Source: a virus
Strand: one strand, 5' to 3'
Length of the DNA stretch: 64,000 nt
IMG/VR virus record: IMGVR_UViG_3300033802_000463
Coordinates: 72,064-136,063 of that record
This document shows, in pieces, positions 42,001 through 51,647 of the stretch. The notes beneath the pieces were generated by a model. That model was given only the letters and a program-made list of their open reading frames with translations. It ran no database searches and had not been told where the DNA came from. How positions within the stretch are numbered: the first letter of the stretch is position 1; each line of letters opens with the position of its first letter. The translations under genes were made by a program, and so were the position numbers.

Positions 42001-42477
42001 GCGCAGCTGGAGAAGCTGGAAGATGTATTTGCGCCGGAAGAGATCGGATTCGTGGCTTACAAGCTCACTTATATTGACTCCAAGTCTGAATCCACTTCTT
42101 TCCCGTGGACCGTAGCTAAGCGTCAGTTCCTGGCAACTTGCCAAGTTGCGGCCGGCAAAAATCCATCCCGTCTGCCGAAGATCGCAACACGCAAGGCCGA
42201 CGCGGAGATTAACCTGATGCTGGTGAATCCGAAGCATGCAGAGTTGATCGATCGGGCAACGCGCAATGGTTATATGGACGTGAAGTTGGTGCAAGATCAA
42301 TTAACCGGCAATCTGGTGTATGCCGTTGGCGTCGAGAATGTCCTGCTTGGCTATGTATACAACAAGTCGGCCATTTGGTTCTCTGGCGCAGCGCAAGCTC
42401 GTGTATATTTCTCTGAACATCGCTACATGTCTCAGAAGTCGGCTGCAATCAGAGCAACCACTATCAATCTTGCTTAA
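39046..42477 (+). CDS. Single-subunit double-barrel RNA polymerase, YonO/RdRP-like
   Basis: GDGLIFV, WQVRITPFGKG, QRNP, GGADNDGD (DxDGD), IGLLTN, EIDAAKHG in the order seen in RdRP/YonO-type enzymes. Confidence 0.85.
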   Translation: MQQNQINKFMSAADVLGALASFPGIREGGKNFDLVTSAMTEGNNILNILRDPVGIAGIAPQQAHHFARFVETYKDQLPERLMPKKRDSIQILIADINFMKRDEDGWMVSTFKYNDPTKDNGFDFKSENQMADVFASEPVILQIRRKFNKGEMVVEKRARLMHDIVTVNMNWVLEEGQSEPTAEQLAIQAELMEKGFKIMMNGEAKYCKMIQQTNSQARQVMANFLVCDNEFDAVPEFFMKLGHNLVAYGKKNADGTITIDCTKYMSRIGLSGTSSILCRAIQIGDQIQENGDGSYSILGGNMTMRVQPDVHVMVRIGKYKVINAQTKEFEVFDASEHPVKMVAGDGLIFVNKRMYKALVAEHGVNVDAWQVRITPFGKGLAVYVPGLEKTFEEDIVAFSSAIKGDFRDVVGVHKIQFRVALFNKPAKKIKKYTEYPYQFVHGTSLTAEDMMNLVKPHMEKVKAMLEDPELLMDYLGMDRLEGASDEELDKALVTTLMTFLHEAPFTYKDVQMKKYAMQHIMDMIKNWVVGSIPVEANYKFMVHDPLAILETLRLDRLLPGKLRDEDGDLVIPPNVGLPAGTVVVRDMNDEYLEGEIGMQRNPLIAKSESAVAVAMKDPKYVRVGHFRNLCVMSVHDFNTAKQGGADNDGDKTLVIKDPVIINAIKRNAHLPALLDIHVVEYVDGQPVFDSGCPKSWSAKPENVYSIPAPMIVKQDGFKVTFAKDQYNETLINELHKLTKDYITRTLKPNQIGLLTNYATKLADAVRSLGYQYKLGVDKDGLPLSQKDKQDILNKIKQFEEWIDLLRLCQGWEIDAAKHGGAFWEALENELSFIKNPPEEVGYVSEKTSRTVWYTPDWMAERNNKEFGVYTGSVLSRLFVDMVKERADISKFVDEMDKRSEGANIYGELNAAISMSPERYEMIKAHVVDIDREYRMGMQNLIKKESEAIDRAVALAEGNKHKLEYLMEMVHTKMKEERALLIESCAAQLEKLEDVFAPEEIGFVAYKLTYIDSKSESTSFPWTVAKRQFLATCQVAAGKNPSRLPKIATRKADAEINLMLVNPKHAELIDRATRNGYMDVKLVQDQLTGNLVYAVGVENVLLGYVYNKSAIWFSGAAQARVYFSEHRYMSQKSAAIRATTINLA

Positions 42478-42482
42478 TGCAT

Positions 42483-42511
42483 GAAGGGGAGAGTGACAAG
42501 CTCTCCCCTTC
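42483..42511 (+). terminator. Hairpin after the RNAP gene
   Basis: GAAGGGGAGAG/CTCTCCCCTTC 11-bp stem. Confidence 0.6.
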
Positions 42512-42544
42512 TCTATATTCATTATTCATTTAGGAGGAATCAAT

Positions 42545-43189
42545 ATGGCAACTTTGTACAATCGTGTGGCAGCATGGATCAATCCCAAGCATATCAAGGT
42601 CCGCCGGGATGGCAATACGGTATACATCAATATTGCAGGAAAGGAACACACCATAACATTCTACAATCTTCAAGAGCCGGTGGAGTTGGAAGTCTCCGCC
42701 CATGTCGTAGAGTTTGTGAATGTATCCTATTTCCGCCGCACAGGAAAGCGTATTGAGAGATCCTATTATTCGACGGTGATTGCATTTGAAAATAAACTTA
42801 ACGAGGATCACCGCATTTCCCCTTACAAGTTGTGCGAGTTTCGCACTGATATCCAAGACGCATTGAACGCATTAAAGTCGCTTGCCGATCTTCCGATGCC
42901 GACTGATAAACAACTTCAGCTTCTTGTTTATCAAGCATTGATTCAAGCTTGCAAAGAGAGCAAGTACAAGACAGCTACTTATACTCAATGGGAAAGCACA
43001 TGGTTTAATCTGCTTGATCAATTCGATATGGTTTACTTGCCGCGAGACATTTTCAAAACATTAGCTGCAAAGTATCTTGAAGCCGGTTATGCAGATGCTA
43101 TTGAACGAAATGGTCAGTATGGATCATTTAATGTCTTCAAGCCATCCCAAAAAGGATTGACTCGTTGGAATCAGCATACAGGTCAATGA
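42545..43189 (+). CDS. Hypothetical protein
   Basis: AGGAGG SD; 214 aa; inside the inverted repeat with the RNAP gene. Confidence 0.7.
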   Translation: MATLYNRVAAWINPKHIKVRRDGNTVYINIAGKEHTITFYNLQEPVELEVSAHVVEFVNVSYFRRTGKRIERSYYSTVIAFENKLNEDHRISPYKLCEFRTDIQDALNALKSLADLPMPTDKQLQLLVYQALIQACKESKYKTATYTQWESTWFNLLDQFDMVYLPRDIFKTLAAKYLEAGYADAIERNGQYGSFNVFKPSQKGLTRWNQHTGQ

Positions 43190-43256
43190 GGCCCTTCGGG
43201 CACGGGTGCGGCGGTCATAACTGCAGCTGCCGCACCACTGCAACATCGTGACACTT

Positions 43257-43284
43257 GCATGAGTCCCGCCAAGAGCATGAAACC
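43257..43284 (-). repeat. Right arm of the 28-bp inverted repeat
   Basis: GCATGAGTCCCGCCAAGAGCATGAAACC. Confidence 0.9.
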
Positions 43285-43695
43285 CAGCCACTGCATATTT
43301 GATCCTCTTTATCTCTCCATGACTTCTCCTCTATTTCTCTCCCCTCTTTCCTCATGATGCTCATCATGCTCATATATCCAATTATGCGAATCATCTCTCC
43401 TCTGCCCCATCAACATCAAACCTGAGGTATTTCAGCATTATTCTTGCTCCCCTAACCATCTGCTCCCGGAACGGGGTTTTGTAAGCTCCTCCTCCCTCCT
43501 CACACTGTTCTTTCACATCATAATAGCTTCTCTTCGCTGGAAATTTTCTCCCTAAGTTATACCTTCGGCATGATGCTATTCTTATTTATGTTTCATGCAT
43601 GTGTAATGCGTTACGAATCTCTCCCGTGCTTTATTTGATGCTTATAAGTATCAATGTTGCTTGGTTTCGTTCGTGCTATTAGGATGACTAGAGGT

Positions 43696-43717
43696 GCGCC
43701 TGACGGCGCGCTTCACT
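43696..43717 (+). promoter_or_regulatory. TGAC-hairpin element 1
   Basis: GCGCC-TGAC-GGCGC-GC-TTCACT. Confidence 0.75.
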
Positions 43718-43750
43718 GCAGATAAATTTTTCTTTCAAGGAGGAACTACG

Positions 43751-44191
43751 ATGAAAGAAGTTACGATTTACACTGACGGCGCCTGCTCCGGCAATCCTGG
43801 TCCTGGAGGCTGGGGAGCCGTTCTAACATATAAAGACAAGCAAAAGACGGCTTTTGGCTACGAGCCGCATACGACAAACAATCGTATGGAGCTTGTAGCC
43901 GTTATTGAGTCGTTGAAGCTTTTGAACCAACCCTGCCACGTCCAAGTGTATAGCGATTCAGCCTACTTGGTGAATTGCTTCAACAACAATTGGATCGAGG
44001 GTTGGCAAAAGAACGGCTGGAGAACCAGCAAAAATCAACCGGTGGAAAACCGGGAATTGTGGGAGGCGTTGCTTGAACTAATGAAGATTCATCAAGTTGA
44101 ATACTTCAAAGTCAAGGGGCACTCCCACGTTACATTAAACGAAATGGCTGATCGGTTAGCGCGTGAAGCCATTAAACGACATCGTTCTTGA
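43751..44191 (+). CDS. rnhA: Ribonuclease HI
   Basis: YTDGACSGNPGPGGWG, TTNNRMEL, SDSAY, KVKGHS, NEMADRLA. Confidence 0.95.
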   Translation: MKEVTIYTDGACSGNPGPGGWGAVLTYKDKQKTAFGYEPHTTNNRMELVAVIESLKLLNQPCHVQVYSDSAYLVNCFNNNWIEGWQKNGWRTSKNQPVENRELWEALLELMKIHQVEYFKVKGHSHVTLNEMADRLAREAIKRHRS

Positions 44192-44770
44192 TTTTACTGG
44201 CGGCATGTTTTTGCCGCCAGTGTGTGTTTATCTCTGTCTGCAGAGTAACAGCTGCACTGATGAGTCTTATTGGAGACGAAATAGAGAATCTATCATGGAG
44301 GCAATGCGAATGGCTGATCCGTCTATTTTTTTCTTATCAGAGATTGATTCTGCGAGTTTATATACTCGTGAAAATATTAAACGTGTAAAGGAGATGTTTG
44401 TTGAAGGGCTAAAAGCAGATGTAGAATCAAACCATATTGATCGTCAATTGGCGAATAAATGGTTTCGTATGATGATTCAGAATAAGATGGCTTTCGCCAT
44501 TGCCCTTGGGTCCGACTTTAAGGGTTTCCGTGTTGCTAAGAGCAAGTCAGATTTTCATCCTTATACGGAGAATCTGGCAATATGGCCCAGACAGCTTTTT
44601 TTATGATCGTTTGTCTAATTACGATCTTATTTACCAAGAAGTATATTCATGGAGAGGTGATAAGTTTAAGAGTGACACATTATACTTTATGTCTCGTAAG
44701 TTGAGGTTAGATGTTGGTTTGATAGGATCCCCTCGGACGATGGTCCGGCCGCCTATTCAATTTGAAGACT

Positions 44771-44803
44771 GAGGAGATATGATTCTTTTATCTCCTCTTT
44801 TTT
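44771..44803 (+). terminator. Intrinsic terminator
   Basis: GAGGAGATA/TATCTCCTC plus T-tract. Confidence 0.7.
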
Positions 44804-44888
44804 ATTTTCCTTCTCCTGTCCCGCTTCCACTTCACCTCCATTGAATGATGTTACTTTTTTATGTTCGACGTAAAAGATCATGCCAGGA

Positions 44889-44910
44889 GCGGCTGACGCC
44901 GCATTTCCAT
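44889..44910 (+). promoter_or_regulatory. TGAC-hairpin element 2
   Basis: GCGGC-TGAC-GCCGC-AT-TTCCAT. Confidence 0.75.
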
Positions 44911-45146
44911 CACAGATGTAGGCGAAACTTCTACATCAATCTTAGTCGTGGAGGTATTGCTTATGGTGGAGCAAGAGATCATGGAAATCATTCCAAGAGG
45001 AAACATGAAGCAATCGCAATATGATCTGCTTGTGAAACTGATAGGGATCTACTATCGTGCAAATGGATTAATGCTTCACATTGTTCCTGCTCCTGATACA
45101 CGTAACAAGAAATTGCGATTGATACGTGGGGATAAATGATGCATGA

Positions 45147-45168
45147 ATGCCTGACGGCATAATTCATT
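45147..45168 (+). promoter_or_regulatory. TGAC-hairpin element 3
   Basis: ATGCC-TGAC-GGCAT-AA-TTCATT. Confidence 0.75.
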
Positions 45169-45433
45169 ATCCAGCGTTGATTCACAAGGAGATGATATTG
45201 TGGAGTTGATCGATCCATGTCGTCGTCTTCATCTGCTTCGGCCAGGCAACCTGGTTGTAATTCAAGGCACTGTCATTGGCTGTTTAGGTGCGGAAGGAAA
45301 AATTGGTGTGATTACCGATGAGCCTAATCAGTCTGGATTATTGTCTCATAAGCCCGGTGTGAATGTAAAGCTTGATGCAGGCTTCGTATGGCTTGTCAAC
45401 AAAGATGCTGTAAAACCTTTTGGCAAGTGAATA

Positions 45434-45889
45434 TTGAGGAAGGATGTGCATGGAATGAAATATGAGATCTATCAGATCAAGGATGAGTATCGCAGGCAAT
45501 ATGGTTTTGCAAACTTGGATATATTGCCGATGAGATATAGAGAGGATACGGATCATCCTGTATTGATTTCAAATGGTGTTGTTCCTGTTCTAAATATCGA
45601 TGCTTATAACAAGGTGTATGAGGGTGATACTGCATCTATTGGTGGTATTGATCGTTTTGTTATTAACGATCCGGCCAACCCGATGCATAAGCAGCAAATG
45701 AGGTTGCTTGAGCATATGTTTGAAGTGTTTAATCTTTATCATCCTTCGGATTATCGCGCCCCCTCTATGAGTGTAGGCGATCTTGTTGTATTGTATCCGT
45801 ATGATGATAGTAACAGGGAAGCATTCTTTTGCGACAGCTTTTCCTGGAAACCAATTGAGTTAATGTCCCGCTCCGGGTCATGGAGTTGA
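45434..45889 (+). CDS. YodL-like domain protein
   Basis: YEIYQIK...Y.KVYEG...LE..FE.FN..HPSDYRAPSMSVGDLVVL...FCDSF. Confidence 0.75.
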   Translation: MRKDVHGMKYEIYQIKDEYRRQYGFANLDILPMRYREDTDHPVLISNGVVPVLNIDAYNKVYEGDTASIGGIDRFVINDPANPMHKQQMRLLEHMFEVFNLYHPSDYRAPSMSVGDLVVLYPYDDSNREAFFCDSFSWKPIELMSRSGSWS

Positions 45890-46066
45890 TCATTATGTAC
45901 AAAGCAACAATTTATTATCGATCGGGTCATACGGCGACTATTCGTTGTGACTCTATTTCTCTTGCACGTATGTATCTGTTTGGCCGTGGTGTGGATCATA
46001 TTGTAATGGCCATGCCCGGCCGCCCCTCTCTCCCTCCTATTATCCTTCGTCATTCATCCGATTCAT

Positions 46067-46088
46067 GCGGCTGATGCCGCTTTTCATT
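46067..46088 (+). promoter_or_regulatory. TGAC-hairpin element 4 (TGAT loop)
   Basis: GCGGC-TGAT-GCCGC-TT-TTCATT. Confidence 0.7.
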
Positions 46089-46896
46089 TTGATGTGCTAT
46101 AATACTGCTTGCATGAGGAGGATACAGAATGTTTAAAAAGAAACCAACGCTTAATAACGCATGACTGGCAGCCGGTTGATTCCCAAGGCTATGGGATGGA
46201 ATGCTCCAATTGCGGCAAATACATCTCTGCATTTGAGCCGGACGCTTGGAAGGCCGGCCAGGAGTCGCTTTGCATCCCGACGGCACGACTACAGAAGAGA
46301 AAATACGGAGGTGATATTCAGATGACAAAACCGGAAGGCGCATATTATTTTGACCAAGAATCAGGACTGTGGGTTACGGATGGAAAGCATGACAAACAGC
46401 ATTATTTTTGGTATTTGGAACATAGGCTAGGTTTTTCGCAAGAAGCAATATCTGCCATGAGCGATGAAGATCATTTCAATATGGCAGATATGTACGCGGC
46501 TGATTATTTATCATTTTGATGCTTTTGGGCTGATTCCATGCAGTGTTCCGTTTGTCGGAATAAAATTCAGTGTCCTTATACTTCGCTGCGCGGCAAGCTC
46601 TTTTGCATGTTTTTCACCAATAAAAATAAAGAGCTTGTCGCTCGCGGCGTCGTTGACTTCATGTTCATGGTTATGTATGATCAGCTGCCTTCGGATATTC
46701 AGAAACGCGTGCAAAAAATCATCGAAGGCAAGATTTCTCGTTTCGGCGTCTCCTTTGAGGAGATCGTGCAACAATATGCCGATATCGAAAAGACGTACCA
46801 GGAGTGGCTATTCAGAGAAAAATATGCTTGATAAGCCTGTCGGCTTGATTTCTGTAAATGGTTAATGCACACAACATTTAAGGAGGCATATGGTCT

Positions 46897-47337
46897 ATGC
46901 ATGCAAGATTCAATGCAAAATTCACATGCTGCCCGGAATGTTCTAACGTATGGCTTTTACCCGCGTTTGTGAAAGATTCCGATGTTCGATGGAAACTGTG
47001 CCCCAAATGCCGCGCAAGAAAGCGTGCGTTTTATGCGGTATTTTGGGGGAAGTATGTAAAAGCCATGCAAAATGGTGATTTAACCGAAGACGGTCTTATG
47101 GTTGCTCGCATCGATGGTGAGCATTACGTTATTGGTCCTGAAAATACTGTCGGCTTCCGAGGCTTCAGCGGACGCCGCTTTGTCATTCGGTTTACGGTTG
47201 GCCCGCATGCCGGCGAGATTGTGGAGACTACGAATCTGTGGCATCAAGGCACGATCTCACATGGATACGAGAAGATCCTGCATGACAATGCAGTGTTTGT
47301 GCCGCAAGAGTATCCTTCGTTGATCTCGGTATCATAG
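46897..47337 (+). CDS. Hypothetical phage protein with N-terminal Cys pairs
   Basis: AGGAGG SD; CPEC...CPKC; TTNLWHQG. Confidence 0.6.
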   Translation: MHARFNAKFTCCPECSNVWLLPAFVKDSDVRWKLCPKCRARKRAFYAVFWGKYVKAMQNGDLTEDGLMVARIDGEHYVIGPENTVGFRGFSGRRFVIRFTVGPHAGEIVETTNLWHQGTISHGYEKILHDNAVFVPQEYPSLISVS

Positions 47338-48486
47338 CATTTTCAAGCGGCTTACAATGCCGCTGCTGTCGTAGGGTTGTGCCCTGCCTGATGATGGCTT
47401 CTCTAAGCCGAAACAGCAAAACGATTATACTATGTGGAGGTTGATAAAATGCCTTATCAGCATACTTTGGAAGATCGCATTTACATCCTGCAGAAAACCA
47501 ATCTTCCGGATGATCTTTCCTATATGCTTCAACAGGCAGATCAGTATTATGTTCAATATCTGGACAAACAAGCTGAAGAGTTGGTTGCTCAAATTGAAAA
47601 AGAGTGTGTCGCAAGGAATATCAAATTGTTTAAGCCGCTTAATTGTTTTGCGGAGCTCATTTACACATAATTTTTGTTGAGCATTACAACATGATCTTTT
47701 TTTATACATAACAATGAATACCGTAAATATTTCGTTTGAAAGGATGATTAATTGTGCTTCAACGGTTTTTCATTCGTCCGTCTGGATCGGAATTTGCAAT
47801 TATCGCGGTTGTCGGCGGCGTGGAGACGGAGGTCGAGCGCGGCGCAAAGGCGCTTATTCGAGGCAAGTTTTTGCATTACGTGAAGAATCGATCGGCACTT
47901 ATTGAGAAAATTGGTGATCTGGCATGAGGCGTCATCTTGCTTTTTGGATTGCCGTCGGCCTGTTGCTTCTCTTTACCATCCGCATCTGGCTTCCAGTTCT
48001 GATTGGATTGGCGCTTGCTATCATCGCCATTTGCTTTGTGGTCAAAGTATTTGCAGACGGTTATGATTTATGGAGGACTCTTTCTCGCAAGCGGTGACGC
48101 TTGCTTCTTGCCCTCCCCCGGGATCAGACCATTGCATCCTATTGGGGCCACCCTGGCCCCCCTTTAAGAGGGCATACTTCCCCCAAAGGTATGAAGGTGC
48201 ATGTTTTGGAACAATCAGCGATTCTTGATTGACTGTCATGCTGCTTTTGCCGTATAGTGAGAAATGCTTCATGGCATCTATCAAGATTCTTTTTAGCGCT
48301 GTTCATTTTCCATTTTTGGAATCTTGTTCCATGTTTATTCGTGCCATTTCTCACTTGCTTGCTGCATGATTAAAAATGCACCTATAAATTATACATAGCG
48401 GAAAACCTGGGGTATTTTAACCCCAGTTATTTCCATCTGGTATATTTCACAAAATTGTCACATTTTGTTCGCATTTTTTATCTATT

Positions 48487-48508
48487 ATGGCTGACGCCAT
48501 GTTTCCTT
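48487..48508 (+). promoter_or_regulatory. TGAC-hairpin element 5
   Basis: ATGGC-TGAC-GCCAT-GT-TTCCTT. Confidence 0.75.
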
Positions 48509-48524
48509 TTGGGGTGAGTTTTCC

Positions 48525-49046
48525 ATGTATGTAATACAGTATCGTGATCACGCATCATTCGGTGAACTCCGCGTCGATCAAGTTCAGACTGAATCAGAAT
48601 TGTACGGATTCTTTCGAGAAGATGGCGGCGCTATCGATGTTATTCATTATTGGGAGATCCCTGGTACTGCAAATTTGTTTCGCCTAATTGTTGCAGGCAG
48701 CCGCGATTTCAATGATTACCCTCTACTCTGCTCCAAGCTTGATTATTTGCTTCAGAGACAGCCGTATACAATCATCGTATCGGGCGCAGCTCGCGGAGCT
48801 GATTCGCTTGGAGAAAGGTATGCACGAGAACACGGTCTGCCGATTGATCAATATCCTGCAGATTGGGTCAATTTAGGGAAGCGTGCAGGATATGTTCGAA
48901 ACGAACAAATGGCGAAAGTGGCGAATGCATGTGTTTGCTTTTGGGATGGAGTTTCCCCTGGCACAAAAAGTATGATCAAGCTTGCCCGCCAGTATAATTT
49001 GGATACGCGCGTGATCATATATAAAAACAATCTTATCACAAATTAA
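48525..49046 (+). CDS. SLOG/YspA (DUF2493-like) protein
   Basis: LIVAGSRDF, IVSGAARGAD, YPADW...GKRAGYVRNEQM, FWDG.S.GT. Confidence 0.85.
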   Translation: MYVIQYRDHASFGELRVDQVQTESELYGFFREDGGAIDVIHYWEIPGTANLFRLIVAGSRDFNDYPLLCSKLDYLLQRQPYTIIVSGAARGADSLGERYAREHGLPIDQYPADWVNLGKRAGYVRNEQMAKVANACVCFWDGVSPGTKSMIKLARQYNLDTRVIIYKNNLITN

Positions 49047-49063
49047 TTTTTGGAGGCATTTGG

Positions 49064-49597
49064 ATGATACAAAACCCTTCCATGCAACGAGAAGATATTG
49101 AACGTTTTCTCTCTATTTGTCGTGAAAGTACGCCGGCTCTGCTTCAAGCAGCCGGCGTTTTTGTTGATTATTCAGAAGAATCGTTATCGCATTGCGAGGA
49201 CTTTATCAATGCGATTTATCCGGTTGGACACATCCCGCATCCAACGACGGTCCTCCCTTTCGGCTATTACTTGGGAGAAACGATCATACGGAACATTCCA
49301 GATTCAAAGTGGGATGTTGATACACCAGCTGAAACGGTTTGGGATATTGGCGTCAAAATTGAAATACCTTTTGCAAGCGAAGACATGCCTCGAACACAAA
49401 TCGTTCGGCCGTTTATGCGTGCTCAGAAGTTTTGGCGAGATCGATCGGATGGTCTTCGCGCCATGTACATACTTGTCAATCAATTGTCACTTGGATTTGT
49501 TGATCCCACGAAAGCCAAACCTGGCGAATGGATAGAATTGCCTGTTGGCATCAAATTCCGTTACACAATTGCAATCAAGGAGGATTTAACAGAGTGA
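49064..49597 (+). CDS. Hypothetical protein (DUF3806-like)
   Basis: DYSEESL...FGYYLGETI...W pattern. Confidence 0.5.
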   Translation: MIQNPSMQREDIERFLSICRESTPALLQAAGVFVDYSEESLSHCEDFINAIYPVGHIPHPTTVLPFGYYLGETIIRNIPDSKWDVDTPAETVWDIGVKIEIPFASEDMPRTQIVRPFMRAQKFWRDRSDGLRAMYILVNQLSLGFVDPTKAKPGEWIELPVGIKFRYTIAIKEDLTE

Positions 49598-50034
49598 AAG
49601 AAGTAACGATCTATACAGATGGCGCATGCAGCGGCAATCCTGGCCCAGGGGGCTGGGGTGCCGTTTTAATTTATGGAGAAATAACGGAGCAACTCAGTGG
49701 TTACGAACCGCATGCAACCAACAATCGCATGGAGCTGATCGCAGTTATTGAATCACTAAAAGCGCTCAAAGAGCCTTGCCGCGTAAAAATCATCAGCGAT
49801 TCGGCTTATGTCGTCAATTGCTTCAAACACAAATGGTACGAATCCTGGATTGCAAAAGGCTGGAAAAACTCTCAAGGCAAGAAGGTCGAAAACCAGGAGC
49901 TTTGGGAGGAACTCCTGCATCTGATGACAATTCATCAGGTATTCTACCAAAAAACAAGAGGTCATGCTGATGATCAGTACAATAATCTAGCTGATCAGCT
50001 GGCTCGAAATGCAATTAAACAGCATGGTGCCTGA
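49594..50034 (+). CDS. rnhA: Ribonuclease HI (second copy)
   Basis: GTG start; YTDGACSGNPGPGGWG, TNNRMEL, SDSAY, RGHA, NNLADQLA. Confidence 0.95.
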   Translation: MKEVTIYTDGACSGNPGPGGWGAVLIYGEITEQLSGYEPHATNNRMELIAVIESLKALKEPCRVKIISDSAYVVNCFKHKWYESWIAKGWKNSQGKKVENQELWEELLHLMTIHQVFYQKTRGHADDQYNNLADQLARNAIKQHGA

Positions 50035-50048
50035 CGGCACAATTCGCT
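50027..50048 (+). promoter_or_regulatory. TGAC-hairpin element 6 (loop supplies the rnhA stop codon)
   Basis: GTGCC-TGAC-GGCAC-AA-TTCGCT. Confidence 0.75.
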
Positions 50049-50773
50049 TCAGATTCCATCAGTTTTCATCAGATCACATCATATTCTATTCAAATTGGAG
50101 GTTTTTACCATGAAACTCAGCTATTCCGTAAAAGATTTGCAAGTGAATATCCCGCTGCCAGAAGAGTTCACCGGTGCAGACGAACTTCTTTCCGTCAACA
50201 TTCATATTGGCGAATTGAATTATTCTCTTGAAGATGTGACGGTTACTGATTTGGTCAGTGGCTTGAAGGAGATTATTTCCCTATTTCTTGACAAATAAAA
50301 ACTGGCCGCATTTTCCACTTCTTTGATTCATAACAAGGAGAGTAGAAGCCATAAACTTGATTGATACAATTCTAAATCATGGGGTCGAGAACGTCTTCTT
50401 TCTCGCAAAGGCACGGCCGTTGAGGAAAGTCCTTTTTGTCTCCTACACATCTTCAAGCGATCCGGCAATTGAAATGATGTGCAAGATCGACACTAGCCGG
50501 TATAAGCTCGAAGACCAATACAAGATTACCATTGCTCCGATCTATGTAGGGTATGCTAAAGAAGATTACTATGTTACTGACTTGCAATCCATGCTGAATC
50601 GAGGATATGCCAAAATGTTGGTTCAGCTGCCTGTTGAGATACCGGCCAGGAAAACACTGCCGGTTATTTGATTTTCATATTCCCTATTTTTCATAGAAAA
50701 TATATTCTTATATGCTTATTATTGATGTTTATATATCATATGTGTATTTGAATATATTTTCTAATGAACAATG

Positions 50774-50810
50774 AAATAGGCGACATCCGAATCATGGGTG
50801 TCGCCTATTT
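50774..50810 (-). terminator. Terminator between convergent genes
   Basis: AAATAGGCGACA/TGTCGCCTATTT inverted repeat. Confidence 0.7.
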
Positions 50811-51647
50811 CTTAATAAACCATCTTACGAAGAATGGAAGCGAGTTGATTATCTCCTGTTTCATTTCTTGCCTTAATTGTTTATCTTCCAGTCTTTGATT
50901 CAATTGTTCCATCAACACTCTGTCTCGGACTTCAACATCTTGCCGCATGGTATTTACGGCATGATCGATGAGCTCCTTTTGCTTCTCATCTGAAGCCATG
51001 CTTTGCAAGGCGTTCATTGTTTCTGCTATTTTTTCTATTTTTTCTTGCATCTCATCAATCCGGCTATCTCCTGGAAGCATAAGCATCTTCTCTTCCAATC
51101 GCTTATCGATGAGTGCGTTCATCCATTCCGTCAATTTTTGGATTTGTTCCTCGCTGGCTCCAGCGAACGGATCGGCCAGGTTCGTGTCGCGTCTTGGTTC
51201 GTCATCGTAGTCATCCCGATCAATGATGCGAAATGCATCTGCCGAAACGATGCCAACCAGCTCCGCACAGCGCGACAGTTTGATGTTGTGGTGTTTTCGA
51301 AGCAGCAGCGCCATTTTGAGGCGAAAGACGGCTTGGTAGTCCATGATGACTGTGCGTCCACTCATCCGTGCCTCTATGTAATGGTTGAGCTGCTTTTGCC
51401 AGCTCCTCATGGTTGAAGGCTTGCAAAGGAAGTTGATCGCCTGCTCATGGGTGCAGTACCACTCTTCAAAATCTGTAGTGGTATAGTCTGCCCCCTCTTT
51501 CAGGTTCTCGATGTAGTCGTCAAACAGATATTCAACAAGATCAAGCTTCACTATGAGCTTGAACAGTGGATCTTGCTTAAATTCTTGGCTCAATCGCTCA
51601 CTCATGGGCATGCTAAGCGATGATGGTCGAATATGTTCATCCATCAA
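50805..51647 (-). CDS. MerR-like HTH plus coiled-coil protein with amphipathic C-terminus
   Basis: EQAINFL.KPSTMRSWQKQL; long coiled coil; ends LPFFVRWFIKK. Confidence 0.55.
   Translation of the reverse strand: MMDEHIRPSSLSMPMSERLSQEFKQDPLFKLIVKLDLVEYLFDDYIENLKEGADYTTTDFEEWYCTHEQAINFLCKPSTMRSWQKQLNHYIEARMSGRTVIMDYQAVFRLKMALLLRKHHNIKLSRCAELVGIVSADAFRIIDRDDYDDEPRRDTNLADPFAGASEEQIQKLTEWMNALIDKRLEEKMLMLPGDSRIDEMQEKIEKIAETMNALQSMASDEKQKELIDHAVNTMRQDVEVRDRVLMEQLNQRLEDKQLRQEMKQEIINSLPFFVRWFIKK

Noticed and set aside
43186-43296. About 37-codon minus-strand ORF (MQWLGFMLLAGLM...) across the right repeat arm as a type I toxin
   Set aside because: Hydrophobic stretch is short and the left repeat copy has no start codon in the same frame; insufficient support.
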